A stretch of 32,000 bases of DNA, from NCBI GenBank assembly GCA_048886185.1, contig JBHLKY010000018.1:19151-51150 (forward strand), read 5' to 3'. The notes under the pieces are model-generated. The model was given only the letters and a program-made list of their open reading frames with translations, was not told the origin of the DNA and made no database searches. The first letter of the stretch is position 1; the number at the start of each line of letters is the position of its first letter. This document shows positions 8,987 through 18,435 of the stretch, piece after piece. This DNA is from Candidatus Hermodarchaeota archaeon (GTDB taxonomy: Archaea > Asgardarchaeota > Heimdallarchaeia > Hodarchaeales > Hodarchaeaceae). A program made the position numbers and the translations under genes.

Positions 8987-10144
8987 ATGGGTTCATTAGA
9001 AAGAAAAATTGAAATCTTAGGTGATGCGAGTAAATTCGATGTTTGTGCTTCGATGGCTTCACCAAGAAATGTGTCTGGAGTAAATCGAATCGGTAATCCG
9101 GATAAAGTGGGGATATGTCATGCTTTCGCCCCTGATGGCCGATGTATAAGTCTTTTCAAAGTACTCATGACTAATCACTGCATTTATGACTGTAAGTATT
9201 GTGTAAACAGCTGTGGTAAAGCCAAAGAAAAGGTTATGTTTGAACCTGTGGAGTTAGCGCGAGCTTTTACAGGCCTCTATATTCGAAACTATGTTGAAGG
9301 GTTATTCTTGTCATCGGGAGTCTGGAGAAGTGCAACTGAGACAACAGAGAAAATGATTGAGGCACTTATGCTCATTCGTCATAAATATCATTTTCAGGGG
9401 TACATTCACCTAAAGATCCTGCCAGGAACTGATAAAGAATATATCTATCAGCTGATGGAGCTAGCTGATCGTGTTAGTCTTAATGTAGAGTTACCTAGTG
9501 CTTCCCGTCTTAATGAAGTTTCTAGTATGAAAAATTATGATACAGATATCATTAGGTGCCAAGAAATTATCTATCAATACATTAAAAAAGGATTAGTACC
9601 AGCAGGTCAGACAACACAATTCATTATTGGAACAACTGAAGAATCTGATCAAGAGATCGTTGAAAGACTGTATTGGGAGTACAAACGATTAGATTTAAAA
9701 AGAGCATACTTTTCTGCATTCACACCAATCAAAGGTACACCATTAGAGGATAAAAAAGTATCAGAGACATATCACCAGAGAAGGGAAAATTTCCTCTACA
9801 GGGTAGATTGGTTATTTCGGCGATATAAATATGAAATTGAGAGTATTTATTCGATTATGACTGATCAAGGAATGATTCCTCTGAATATCGACCCAAAGAT
9901 CTTACTTGCCCTGAATGATGATATTTTTCCATTAGATGTAAATAAAGCTTCTTATTCGGAGTTATTAAGGGTTCCTGGGATTGGAGAAGTTTCCGCTAGA
10001 CGTATCATTAATTTAAGAAAAGTGAACAACAAAATTCACAGTTATAAAGATTTACAGAGATTAGGTGTTGTGGTTAGGCGCGCTAAATCATTTCTTACTA
10101 TTAATGGCAAAAGGCAGACAAGAATAAGGGAATTTTTTCAATAA
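8987..10144 (+). CDS. Putative DNA modification/repair radical SAM protein (TIGR03916-type)
   Basis: GICHAFAPDGRCISLFKVLMTNHCIYDCKYC (CxxxCxxC), GLFLSSG, GYIHLK, GQTTQFIIG, helix-hairpin-helix LLRVPGIGEVSARRII; C-terminal QTRIREFF. Confidence 0.9.
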   Translation: MGSLERKIEILGDASKFDVCASMASPRNVSGVNRIGNPDKVGICHAFAPDGRCISLFKVLMTNHCIYDCKYCVNSCGKAKEKVMFEPVELARAFTGLYIRNYVEGLFLSSGVWRSATETTEKMIEALMLIRHKYHFQGYIHLKILPGTDKEYIYQLMELADRVSLNVELPSASRLNEVSSMKNYDTDIIRCQEIIYQYIKKGLVPAGQTTQFIIGTTEESDQEIVERLYWEYKRLDLKRAYFSAFTPIKGTPLEDKKVSETYHQRRENFLYRVDWLFRRYKYEIESIYSIMTDQGMIPLNIDPKILLALNDDIFPLDVNKASYSELLRVPGIGEVSARRIINLRKVNNKIHSYKDLQRLGVVVRRAKSFLTINGKRQTRIREFFQ

Positions 10145-10152
10145 GGATCCTG

Positions 10153-10764
10153 GTGCTTATAGTGTTTAGAAAAATCACAAGAAAACAAGTTTTAGATTCA
10201 TTATCAAGGCATAAAAATGCTACAACAGAACTTTTAGAGAATGTAAAACTTATTCCAAAAGAAATACTTGAAAATATTGGAACAGATGTAGCTAAAAGGG
10301 CTGTAGCAATGAGTCAAGAAGTAGATAGGGATCTTCATTCTCACAAAGCCTTCTTACGTCTCTCTGCATCCCCATATGGCATATTATATGCAAAATCAGA
10401 TAGAATGAAACATTATAATGAAGAGCATCTAATTAAGTTCTTTCATACTAGGTTTCCTACCTTTATAATTCTATTTGAATCGAAAAGAGGGACTTTTTCA
10501 ATCAACCAGGATTCAATAATAGAAAATTCAACTAAATCATTAGATGAGGCTCTTCAGGAGTATGAAAAAAAACTCCCGATCAATCCTTTATTTATAAACT
10601 CTGATGAAAGGGAATACCTAGAATTATGGGAAAGCTTTGCCCATTCCCAAATAATTAGAGGTAGAAGAACATCAAAACAATTGATCAGTTTATCGAAAAG
10701 ATGGGGAGGAACAGTAGCAAAAGATAAAACTGAATCCAAGAAATTAGATGAATTTTTTGAATAG
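10153..10764 (+). CDS. DUF4130 / TIGR03915-like partner of the radical SAM protein
   Basis: 8 nt downstream, GTG start. EVDRDLHSHKAFLRL...GILYA...FFHTRFP...YLELWESF follows the family pattern (HRxKAFxRF...RF...LWxxY). Confidence 0.7.
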   Translation: MLIVFRKITRKQVLDSLSRHKNATTELLENVKLIPKEILENIGTDVAKRAVAMSQEVDRDLHSHKAFLRLSASPYGILYAKSDRMKHYNEEHLIKFFHTRFPTFIILFESKRGTFSINQDSIIENSTKSLDEALQEYEKKLPINPLFINSDEREYLELWESFAHSQIIRGRRTSKQLISLSKRWGGTVAKDKTESKKLDEFFE

Positions 10765-10788
10765 TAATTAGGAGTATTTGGTGAGGGT

Positions 10789-13101
10789 CTATTCTTCAGC
10801 TTCAGAAAAAGGAATGAATATCCTAAAAGAGGTTCCTTTGATATCCGATTGTACGGATACCTCCCATCCATGAGCCTCAATTATTTTTCGTACAATTGAT
10901 AAACCAAGTCCCATACTATCTTTGAGGGTTGTGAATCCATAATTAAAAATTCTTTTCTGGACCTCACGGGGGATCGGAATACCATCGTTACGAATGTGGA
11001 TTTCCAAATATTTATCAGCTTGAACTAATTTAATTTTAATTGTATTTGGTTTTCCATGAATTATTGCATTTTCAAATATGTTTTTAAATACTTGGGCTAA
11101 TCTCTCTTGATCACACATCACAGTTGGTAAATTATCGTGGTAAAAATTGACATTCTTTGGAATTGTGGTCTCAGCAATTCTTTCCACTAAAACATTCAAA
11201 TCTATATTATCATCTTTATTAACAGCTAATCCTGCATCTGCTAAAGAGAGAGAACGTGTTAATAGTCCTTTCATATACTCGATTTGTTTACTTATGATAT
11301 GAGTCTCATCATATTCAAGGTCAAGTAATTGAGTGTATCCTTCGATAGTAGTAAGGCAATTGTTTATGTCATGTGCAATAAAATGAGCAAACTCACTTAA
11401 TTCTTCCTTTTGTCTAATTAATTTTTCTTCCGCTAATTTCCTCTCAGTAATATCCCTCAAAATCCCTATAAAGTTGGTTGGATTACCCATTCTATCAAAT
11501 ATAACAGCAACACTTAAATCAGCTGGAAAAATAGCCTGGTCTTTTTTGATCATTGAATACTCAAGATTTCTAATACTCCCGGTTTTTAAAAGCCTCTGAA
11601 TATTTTGGGTGGCAAATTCATGATCCTCAGAGACAATAAACTCAAATATATTCCTTCCAATCAGTTCTTTCTCATCTGTGGCTCCGTAGAGCTTCACAGC
11701 ACGATCGTTTACCATAACAATTTTCGAGTTTAAGTCAGTAAGAATTATAGCATCAGGAGAGAGGTCTATCAGCATTCGATAACGTTCTTCACTTCTTTTA
11801 AGTTCTTCCTGTGTCTGGATAAGACTCGTGATGTCTGTTACAATTCCCAGGATCGCCCTCTCACCCTCAAAATCAATCAATTTTGTTGTTAGAATTCCAG
11901 TAATTCGTTTTCCTTCTTTGGATATTAGAATATATTCGATTGGCTCAACTTCGTCTCCATTTAAATGTTGTTGGAAATTTAAACTGATGGTTTCTCTGTA
12001 TTCCGGAGCGATCAAGCATTGATAGTCAAAATCAGGAGAATAAAATTCATCACAAGTGTAACCTAGGACCTCCTCACATTTTTTGTTTGCATATACAACG
12101 AGGCCCTTTTTATTAATGAAAATTAAATTTGGGGATTTTTCTGCTAGAGTTCTGAATTTTTCCTCAGATTCTTTTAGTGTCTTCTGAGTTTTTTCAAGTT
12201 GTGCAATACTTACCCTCAAGGATTTTTCTACTTGTTTTAATTTGGTAATGTCAATCACTGAAACAATGATTTTTTCTAGTGTTTCTTCATAGCCAGAAAC
12301 CACTGATAATCTAATGATACAATTAATTTTTTCCCCGGTCAATTTGTATCCTGGAAACTCACTTTGATAGAAAGTTCTCCCATTATACAAAGCAACAAGC
12401 TCCTCTTTAAACAGGCTTGACGCCTCTTCATCAAAAAAGGAACTTAATCCCGTGAAAAACTCGGTTACGTTTTCTGCATTGTACATTTTCAAAGTGGTAT
12501 AGTTCACATTTATGATTTTAACCAGTTGTGTGAGTTTTTTGACTTCGTCAGGATGTTTATTCAGGTACTGGCCTAAATCATCAATCCCTTGGGCCTTTAG
12601 TTGATCGAAATACAGCTTTACAGCAGAGAAGTCCTCCTCCCAAAGACTTATTGGTGAATCATCAAAAATTGTTCTATAACGTTCCTCACTTTCTCTTAAT
12701 GCCTTTTGGGTGCGCCTGTGTTTGTCTACCTGCTTGATAACATGACGGAGTTCACCAAACTGACTCTCCAAATCAAAACTTTTCTCGATATAGTAATTGG
12801 CACCTAAGTTTAATGCTTTAATGGCAACTTCTTCTCGGCCTCGACCAGTGAAAATAATAACTGGAATGTCATATATACTCCGTAACTTACTTAAAAGTTC
12901 CAAACCATCCATATTGGGCATCTGAAAATCTGTTAAGATAACATCAAAGTCTTTCTCTTTTAATAGATCAAAAACCTTCAATGGATCATTAACGGAATGG
13001 ATTGTTATTTCATCAGCCCCCAAAATGCTTAGATACTTTTCTGTTAACTGAAGAAAGCTGGATTCATCATCTACATGGAGTACATTAATTACTTCTTCCA
13101 T
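10789..13101 (-). CDS. Hybrid sensor: receiver domain, three PAS domains, histidine kinase
   Basis: REC (HVDD, LTDFQMP, YIEK), three PAS repeats each starting E(E/K)(R/K)(Y/F)R, H-box AHDINN, ATPase NIFENAIIHG and GLGLSIVRKIIEAHGW. Confidence 0.9.
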   Translation of the reverse strand: MEEVINVLHVDDESSFLQLTEKYLSILGADEITIHSVNDPLKVFDLLKEKDFDVILTDFQMPNMDGLELLSKLRSIYDIPVIIFTGRGREEVAIKALNLGANYYIEKSFDLESQFGELRHVIKQVDKHRRTQKALRESEERYRTIFDDSPISLWEEDFSAVKLYFDQLKAQGIDDLGQYLNKHPDEVKKLTQLVKIINVNYTTLKMYNAENVTEFFTGLSSFFDEEASSLFKEELVALYNGRTFYQSEFPGYKLTGEKINCIIRLSVVSGYEETLEKIIVSVIDITKLKQVEKSLRVSIAQLEKTQKTLKESEEKFRTLAEKSPNLIFINKKGLVVYANKKCEEVLGYTCDEFYSPDFDYQCLIAPEYRETISLNFQQHLNGDEVEPIEYILISKEGKRITGILTTKLIDFEGERAILGIVTDITSLIQTQEELKRSEERYRMLIDLSPDAIILTDLNSKIVMVNDRAVKLYGATDEKELIGRNIFEFIVSEDHEFATQNIQRLLKTGSIRNLEYSMIKKDQAIFPADLSVAVIFDRMGNPTNFIGILRDITERKLAEEKLIRQKEELSEFAHFIAHDINNCLTTIEGYTQLLDLEYDETHIISKQIEYMKGLLTRSLSLADAGLAVNKDDNIDLNVLVERIAETTIPKNVNFYHDNLPTVMCDQERLAQVFKNIFENAIIHGKPNTIKIKLVQADKYLEIHIRNDGIPIPREVQKRIFNYGFTTLKDSMGLGLSIVRKIIEAHGWEVSVQSDIKGTSFRIFIPFSEAEE

Positions 13102-13525
13102 GAATTATTCCTCTTCACATATAATCAAGAAATTGAATCTATTGTGGATATGCTAAGAAACGATATACAAGAATAAATCTTTGAATTACCCCTTAAAAAT
13201 ATAGACAAAATAACCTCAAAATATTCCAATATCCTTTGGTATTTAAATATTTAATTCTAATATACAGGTGTAATCATCTGATAAGAAGAAATTTTCAAAA
13301 AGGTTGATAATATGACGAATTGTCACCAATGTAAGAATGAGATAGCTTGTGAGGTGTGTTAACTGTTGATTTTTATACCACCTTCTATTGTTGTGTCACA
13401 AACATTTTGCGAAGAATGTTTTGAACTAGTAAAGCAAAGAGAACAGGAACTGTGCCCAATAGTCCTTCTTGTATTAATATTTATTCTTAAATTAATATGT
13501 ATCTTTCTCCTTCTTTAAAAAAAGA

Positions 13526-14341
13526 CTATTCTTTAAGCGAAAAATAATTCACTTCTAATTCTTTCTTCAAAATTTCATAGAAGTTGGCCTTCGCTTGCCT
13601 TTCAATCCATGGTTTATGTCCACAATTCTTGAGAAGATAAAAACGAAAATTTCTTATAATACCAGATAAAGGTTCTTCAACACCTTTGGCAGGATGTGGA
13701 TCGTAATCACCATGAATTGCAATTACTGGACATCTAACATACTTAACAAGTTCCAACAACTTCCCACTCCTTCTCATTTCCGCAGCTTCTTTCCATACAC
13801 TATGAAAAATATCAGCTCGATAATCAATTGATGGTAATTCAGTGGATTCATCCTTTAGCGGATTATATTGATCAGTTTTCATAGTTAATTCTCCCAATCG
13901 GTTAAGAGCCGCGTCTTTGTTTTCAGCTTTAGAATCATTCAGAATGTTGATGAGCAAGTTATATTCTTCTATTTCCTTTTTATCAAGACGCCTTATCCTA
14001 GCTTCACGCAATTCATTAGTATATTTCTCTTCAAAAGGACCACTTCCGACGAGTATTAGCTTTTTTATGAATGAGGGATGTTTTGCGGTGAATAGAAAAC
14101 TTAACCATGCCCCCCATGAAAAACCAATCAAAATGACAGGAAGATTACTTGCCTTTTTTAGGATATTTTTTAATTCTTCGATTTGGCCTTCAATAGAAGA
14201 GGCTGTTTGTATTGGTTCTAGGGTACCCCGCTCAGATGCGAGTTCACGAGCTATTGGGGCCATCTCTCCACCTGCACCAGGACCACCATGAATGACCGCC
14301 ACACCAAATGGCTTTTTTCCATATTTTCTTGGATTTTCCAT
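13526..14341 (-). CDS. Alpha/beta hydrolase (proline iminopeptidase-like)
   Basis: HGGPG oxyanion motif, GFSWG nucleophile elbow, HGDYD acid, CGHKPW histidine. Confidence 0.85.
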   Translation of the reverse strand: MENPRKYGKKPFGVAVIHGGPGAGGEMAPIARELASERGTLEPIQTASSIEGQIEELKNILKKASNLPVILIGFSWGAWLSFLFTAKHPSFIKKLILVGSGPFEEKYTNELREARIRRLDKKEIEEYNLLINILNDSKAENKDAALNRLGELTMKTDQYNPLKDESTELPSIDYRADIFHSVWKEAAEMRRSGKLLELVKYVRCPVIAIHGDYDPHPAKGVEEPLSGIIRNFRFYLLKNCGHKPWIERQAKANFYEILKKELEVNYFSLKE

Positions 14342-14510
14342 ATATGGTTAACAATTTTGGTATCAGTTTTTGAAAGTAATCATTATTTTGGTAAATGATG
14401 TAGAATACTATATTTGAAGTTCTTAAAATTCGGTTTGATGGAAAATGGATTATAAGACACTCTCTTCTGAAAGATACATTTACAAGTGGGAGCTGTATCA
14501 CAGTTAAATA

Positions 14511-15110
14511 ATGTCACTTAAGGATTATTCTGACTTATTTGATGCGTTAAGCAACGAAAGGCGAAGAGAACTTTTTGAGTTTGTATTAACATTTAATTTT
14601 TCATCGAAAAATGATTTAGCAATAAAATTTAACATGAAAAGGGCAAGTTTGAACCATCATTTGGATAGTTTAGCGAAAGCAGGATTAATTCATGAAGTAT
14701 CGTTAATTTTGGATGGGAGAAGACACAACTTCATCATTCCAGCTGTGAATCTTTTCCCAGATCAATTACTTCAGAAACGAAAAGATACCCAAACATTGTT
14801 GGAACAGTTACGAATCTGGACAGACCGTAATTTAACACTAAATAATTGGAAGATATTGCGTGAAAGTTTAAATAACTTGGATATTTCGGAAGAGCTTGTT
14901 AATTCTATCGAATATCGTTTATTTCCTTTAGTCGGAACAAGAGTCTCAACTGAAACCAACTACTGCTTTATCTGTAAAACAAACAAGGCAAAAGTATCAT
15001 GTTTTGCCTGCAAGAATTTAATGTGTAAAGTTCATTGTTATAAAATAGACCGTGATGAGCTTGGTACTATTTCTCTGTGTCCAAATTGTGTAAACAAATT
15101 TTTTGGATAA
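14511..15110 (+). CDS. ArsR-like winged-helix regulator fused to a C-terminal Cys/His zinc-binding domain
   Basis: LFDALSNERRRELF...ASLNHHLDSLAKAGLI helix-turn-helix; tail CFIC-x8-CFAC-x4-CKVH-x13-CPNC. Confidence 0.7.
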   Translation: MSLKDYSDLFDALSNERRRELFEFVLTFNFSSKNDLAIKFNMKRASLNHHLDSLAKAGLIHEVSLILDGRRHNFIIPAVNLFPDQLLQKRKDTQTLLEQLRIWTDRNLTLNNWKILRESLNNLDISEELVNSIEYRLFPLVGTRVSTETNYCFICKTNKAKVSCFACKNLMCKVHCYKIDRDELGTISLCPNCVNKFFG

Positions 15111-15129
15111 AAAAGGGAAGGAGGAGATA

Positions 15130-17520
15130 TTAGCCTATGATTCGGCTAACGGTCTCTTCGGAGATTTTTGTACCAAACAGGGAACGAAGTGAAAGGTAAG
15201 CAGCTAGAATAATACCGAGAAAAACATTTACGACTGATAACCCAATATTGATTGGAGTGATTCCCATAATAAATACAACTCCAAATTCTGCTGCCCATTG
15301 AAAGATGAAACTTGTCAACGCACTACCAGTAAAAAATCCAATGAAAATACCACCAATGCTAATTACGACCAGCTCTAGTAGTACTGTTTCAAAAATTTCA
15401 CGATTTGAAACTCCTAATGCACGGAAATTCACGAAATCGTATTTTCGCTCTGAAATTGAAATAGAAACAACGGAAACAGCTATAGATAATCCTACAATTA
15501 GACCTGCAGACATTGCTGCTAGCATGAAAGCATAACCAACTGTCATTCCTTCTCGCACAGAATTTGCTAGTTCACTTTTTATGAGAACTTCTTGAACATT
15601 AGGATTCTTGCTCAGTTTTTCATCAATTTGGGCTGAATTTGTCGTATGAATGTATATACCATTAGCATAATCTGTTTCAGATATCCCAGCGAGCCATCGA
15701 GCAGTTTCTATTGATGTATATAACCCAGCACCCGTGAATTCATTAAGTATGTTTTCAACCTTTAATTGCCTATAATTTCCTTTAACATCAATTATTGATA
15801 GGTTTTCACCTATGGTAAGACCAAACTTAATTACTAAGTCTTTCGTAATCACGACATTTTGGTACCTTGGAACACCTCCAGTGTCGAAATTCCGACTCCG
15901 TGTTGTCAATTCAAGCCCAGTGATAACATAGTTTTGAGTCATATCTTGTTTTAATCTTATAGGTATTAAAATAAAAGGTTCATAATGGAACCATGGTAGA
16001 TCTTCAAGCATCATTTCAATCTGTGTTGAGTTTTGATAGTTGTTGAGGGTAATCTGCACATCCCACGCTTGATAGAATTTAAATTGTTTATCAATACCTG
16101 ATGTAAAACTGGTTCCAGCGATTGAACCAAAGCAAGATATGGACATTGCTAGAATAATCCCAAAGATTATGAACAACACTTTTCGTTTATCTTGAAAGAC
16201 TGATCGAATTGAAAATTTTGTCAGTGGCGAGAGGGATTTAACTTTTAATAAGATTTTTTCTAAAAAGACAGGACGAGTTGGTTTGAACGCTGCTTGAGGT
16301 CGCATTGCTTCGATTGGTGCCATTCTTATAATTCTTCGACTGGCTAGGAGAGAACCTGTTGATGTAGAAAAGAATATTAGACAAATAAATCCAAAAGTGG
16401 GGATTAATAAGAGTATAGAAGAAATATGGGTCACATTGGGTAATTTTTTTATGCCTGCTAGTTCAATATAGAAATCTCCGAGGCCTAAACTTAAGATTAA
16501 GCCTATTAATATTCCGATAGAACCCCCTATCAGACCAATTAGCCATGAATAGATAATAGCACTTGTAATAATTTCACGATTTGTAAACCCCAAGGCCTTA
16601 AAAATACCAAAAGTAGTGATTTCCTCCTCAACAATCCGCTTTAGGACAATAAATAACATAATTCCAGCAATTAGTGCAAAAACAAAAGATAAAATAAGAG
16701 TCATTCCTGAAAAAGTAGGTGCAATACTTAATAGGAAAGCATCTCGCCCACTGTACTGAAGTACTGAATCAATACCATACTTTTGACTTATTACAGCTAG
16801 AAATTCTTCCAAAAAACGATTTCTCATTGAAGGTTTGTTAAAATAAATAGCAATTTGATTAGCTTGGTTTGTACTGTTGCAATGAGATTCCCATACTTGA
16901 TCTTTCATCCAGATCACAGGGCCATCCCAAGAGCTCCCATAAAATTCGGTAACAATCCCAGGTGATAACATAAATTCTGGCGAATCAACAAAAGCTATGA
17001 CTGTTAAATTCAAGATCCCAGAAGGAGTGAATACTTGTAATTCGTCATTTATTTCCCAGCCCTGGAGCTCAGCAGTTAGCTTCTCAACAACGGCCACATT
17101 AAAGCCAGTTGATTCATGGAGAGTATCTTCGTAACCATCATGATAATATAATTTATCAACGAGTAATTCTTCATCTCTAACTGCATATAAATGAGTAGTT
17201 ACTTGTGATTCTGCCCCAGACTCAGCTACTTGTAATTCATGGAAATCTCGAATTTCAAACTTTAAATCGATGGTTAAGTTCTCTTTGACTTGATTTACCA
17301 ATATTGTCAAATCAGATTTATCCATTTGTTTTGTTGTTATTAAAAGGTGGTGATATCTATAGTCGATCCAAGATGAATTCTCAACTTCAAGCCAATTAAA
17401 GTACAGTGATGAGTACATAATAGTTATTATACCCCCAATTGTAATCACTATTATTATTGGTATCGACCTGAGTTTCTTATTTTTCACATCCCTCCAAGCT
17501 TTGCGAAAGAATAATCTCAT
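15130..17520 (-). CDS. ABC transporter permease, FtsX/MacB family, two repeats
   Basis: Two FtsX-like domains (FGIFKALGF; FVNFRALGV). Start refined to ATG 17520 (MRLFFRKAWRD), preceded by GGTGA; the ORF-track extension to 17658 overlaps the ATPase gene. Confidence 0.85.
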   Translation of the reverse strand: MRLFFRKAWRDVKNKKLRSIPIIIVITIGGIITIMYSSLYFNWLEVENSSWIDYRYHHLLITTKQMDKSDLTILVNQVKENLTIDLKFEIRDFHELQVAESGAESQVTTHLYAVRDEELLVDKLYYHDGYEDTLHESTGFNVAVVEKLTAELQGWEINDELQVFTPSGILNLTVIAFVDSPEFMLSPGIVTEFYGSSWDGPVIWMKDQVWESHCNSTNQANQIAIYFNKPSMRNRFLEEFLAVISQKYGIDSVLQYSGRDAFLLSIAPTFSGMTLILSFVFALIAGIMLFIVLKRIVEEEITTFGIFKALGFTNREIITSAIIYSWLIGLIGGSIGILIGLILSLGLGDFYIELAGIKKLPNVTHISSILLLIPTFGFICLIFFSTSTGSLLASRRIIRMAPIEAMRPQAAFKPTRPVFLEKILLKVKSLSPLTKFSIRSVFQDKRKVLFIIFGIILAMSISCFGSIAGTSFTSGIDKQFKFYQAWDVQITLNNYQNSTQIEMMLEDLPWFHYEPFILIPIRLKQDMTQNYVITGLELTTRSRNFDTGGVPRYQNVVITKDLVIKFGLTIGENLSIIDVKGNYRQLKVENILNEFTGAGLYTSIETARWLAGISETDYANGIYIHTTNSAQIDEKLSKNPNVQEVLIKSELANSVREGMTVGYAFMLAAMSAGLIVGLSIAVSVVSISISERKYDFVNFRALGVSNREIFETVLLELVVISIGGIFIGFFTGSALTSFIFQWAAEFGVVFIMGITPINIGLSVVNVFLGIILAAYLSLRSLFGTKISEETVSRIIG

Positions 17521-17536
17521 ATCATCACCGAGTAAG

Positions 17537-18289
17537 CTATGTTGTATCAATAGGAGGAGCCTCTGTGAGTTCCTCCCAGAACTCTTTTTCTTTAGCTGGA
17601 TCATATTGTGAGGTACCAAAGACCTTTCCATCTCGAAGGTAAACAACTCTATCCGCAAGGGTAGAGATCCCTACATTGTGAGTCACAATGATTACTGTTA
17701 CTTTATGACTCTCATTGATTCGTTGTAGTAATTTCAATATTTTACCTGTCGTTTCACTATCTATGTTTCCTGTTGGCTCATCAGCTAATAGTATCTTTGG
17801 ATTTTTTGCTAATGCCCTTGCAATGGCTACTCGCTGTTGTTCCCCACCACTAAGCTGAGCAGGAAATTTGTTGACTTTATCTCCAAGACCTACTTCATCT
17901 AGTAAATCTTTAGTAATCTCTCGGGCCTCGGTTGACGGATTGGTGAGTTTTGCTGCTAGTTCCACGTTCTCAAATGCTGTAAGAGAGGCAACGAGGTTGT
18001 AGAACTGAAAAATGAATCCCACGTTAAGTCGTCTATATTGTGTTAATTTTTTTTCTTTGAGAGAAGCCAGATTGATTTTTTCTCCATTTTTGGTAAAAAA
18101 AATCTTTCCTGCTGTTGGCCGATCAATCCCTCCTATTAGGTTTAGAAGAGTTGTTTTTCCTGAACCTGAAGGGCCTAAAATAGCAATAAACTGCCCTTGC
18201 TCTATATCAAGAGTAATACCGCTCAAAGCAGGAACGATCAATTCACCCATTTTATAGTCTTTAGTCAAATCCTCTATCCATAAAGACAT
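17537..18289 (-). CDS. ABC transporter ATP-binding protein (LolD/MacB-like)
   Basis: Walker [17 protein letters not shown] signature, [13 protein letters not shown]. Start refined to ATG 18289 with GGTGA RBS. Confidence 0.9.
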   Translation of the reverse strand: MSLWIEDLTKDYKMGELIVPALSGITLDIEQGQFIAILGPSGSGKTTLLNLIGGIDRPTAGKIFFTKNGEKINLASLKEKKLTQYRRLNVGFIFQFYNLVASLTAFENVELAAKLTNPSTEAREITKDLLDEVGLGDKVNKFPAQLSGGEQQRVAIARALAKNPKILLADEPTGNIDSETTGKILKLLQRINESHKVTVIIVTHNVGISTLADRVVYLRDGKVFGTSQYDPAKEKEFWEELTEAPPIDTT

Positions 18290-18435
18290 TTTTTTCACCA
18301 AATCAGATGAGATAGCCAATAGGTTTAAGATACTCAGGTAAAACAAATATGTTTACCTTTGGTTTTTAATATTAAAACACGAAAAAAAATCGTGTAGAAT
18401 GGTATACAGATGGGTTATTTCATGTTAGGTGATTC

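Noticed and set aside
4330-14528. Identical MSLKDY start in the 4330 relic and the 14511 regulator
   Set aside because: Similarity ends after six codons and the proteins are unrelated; treated as coincidence.
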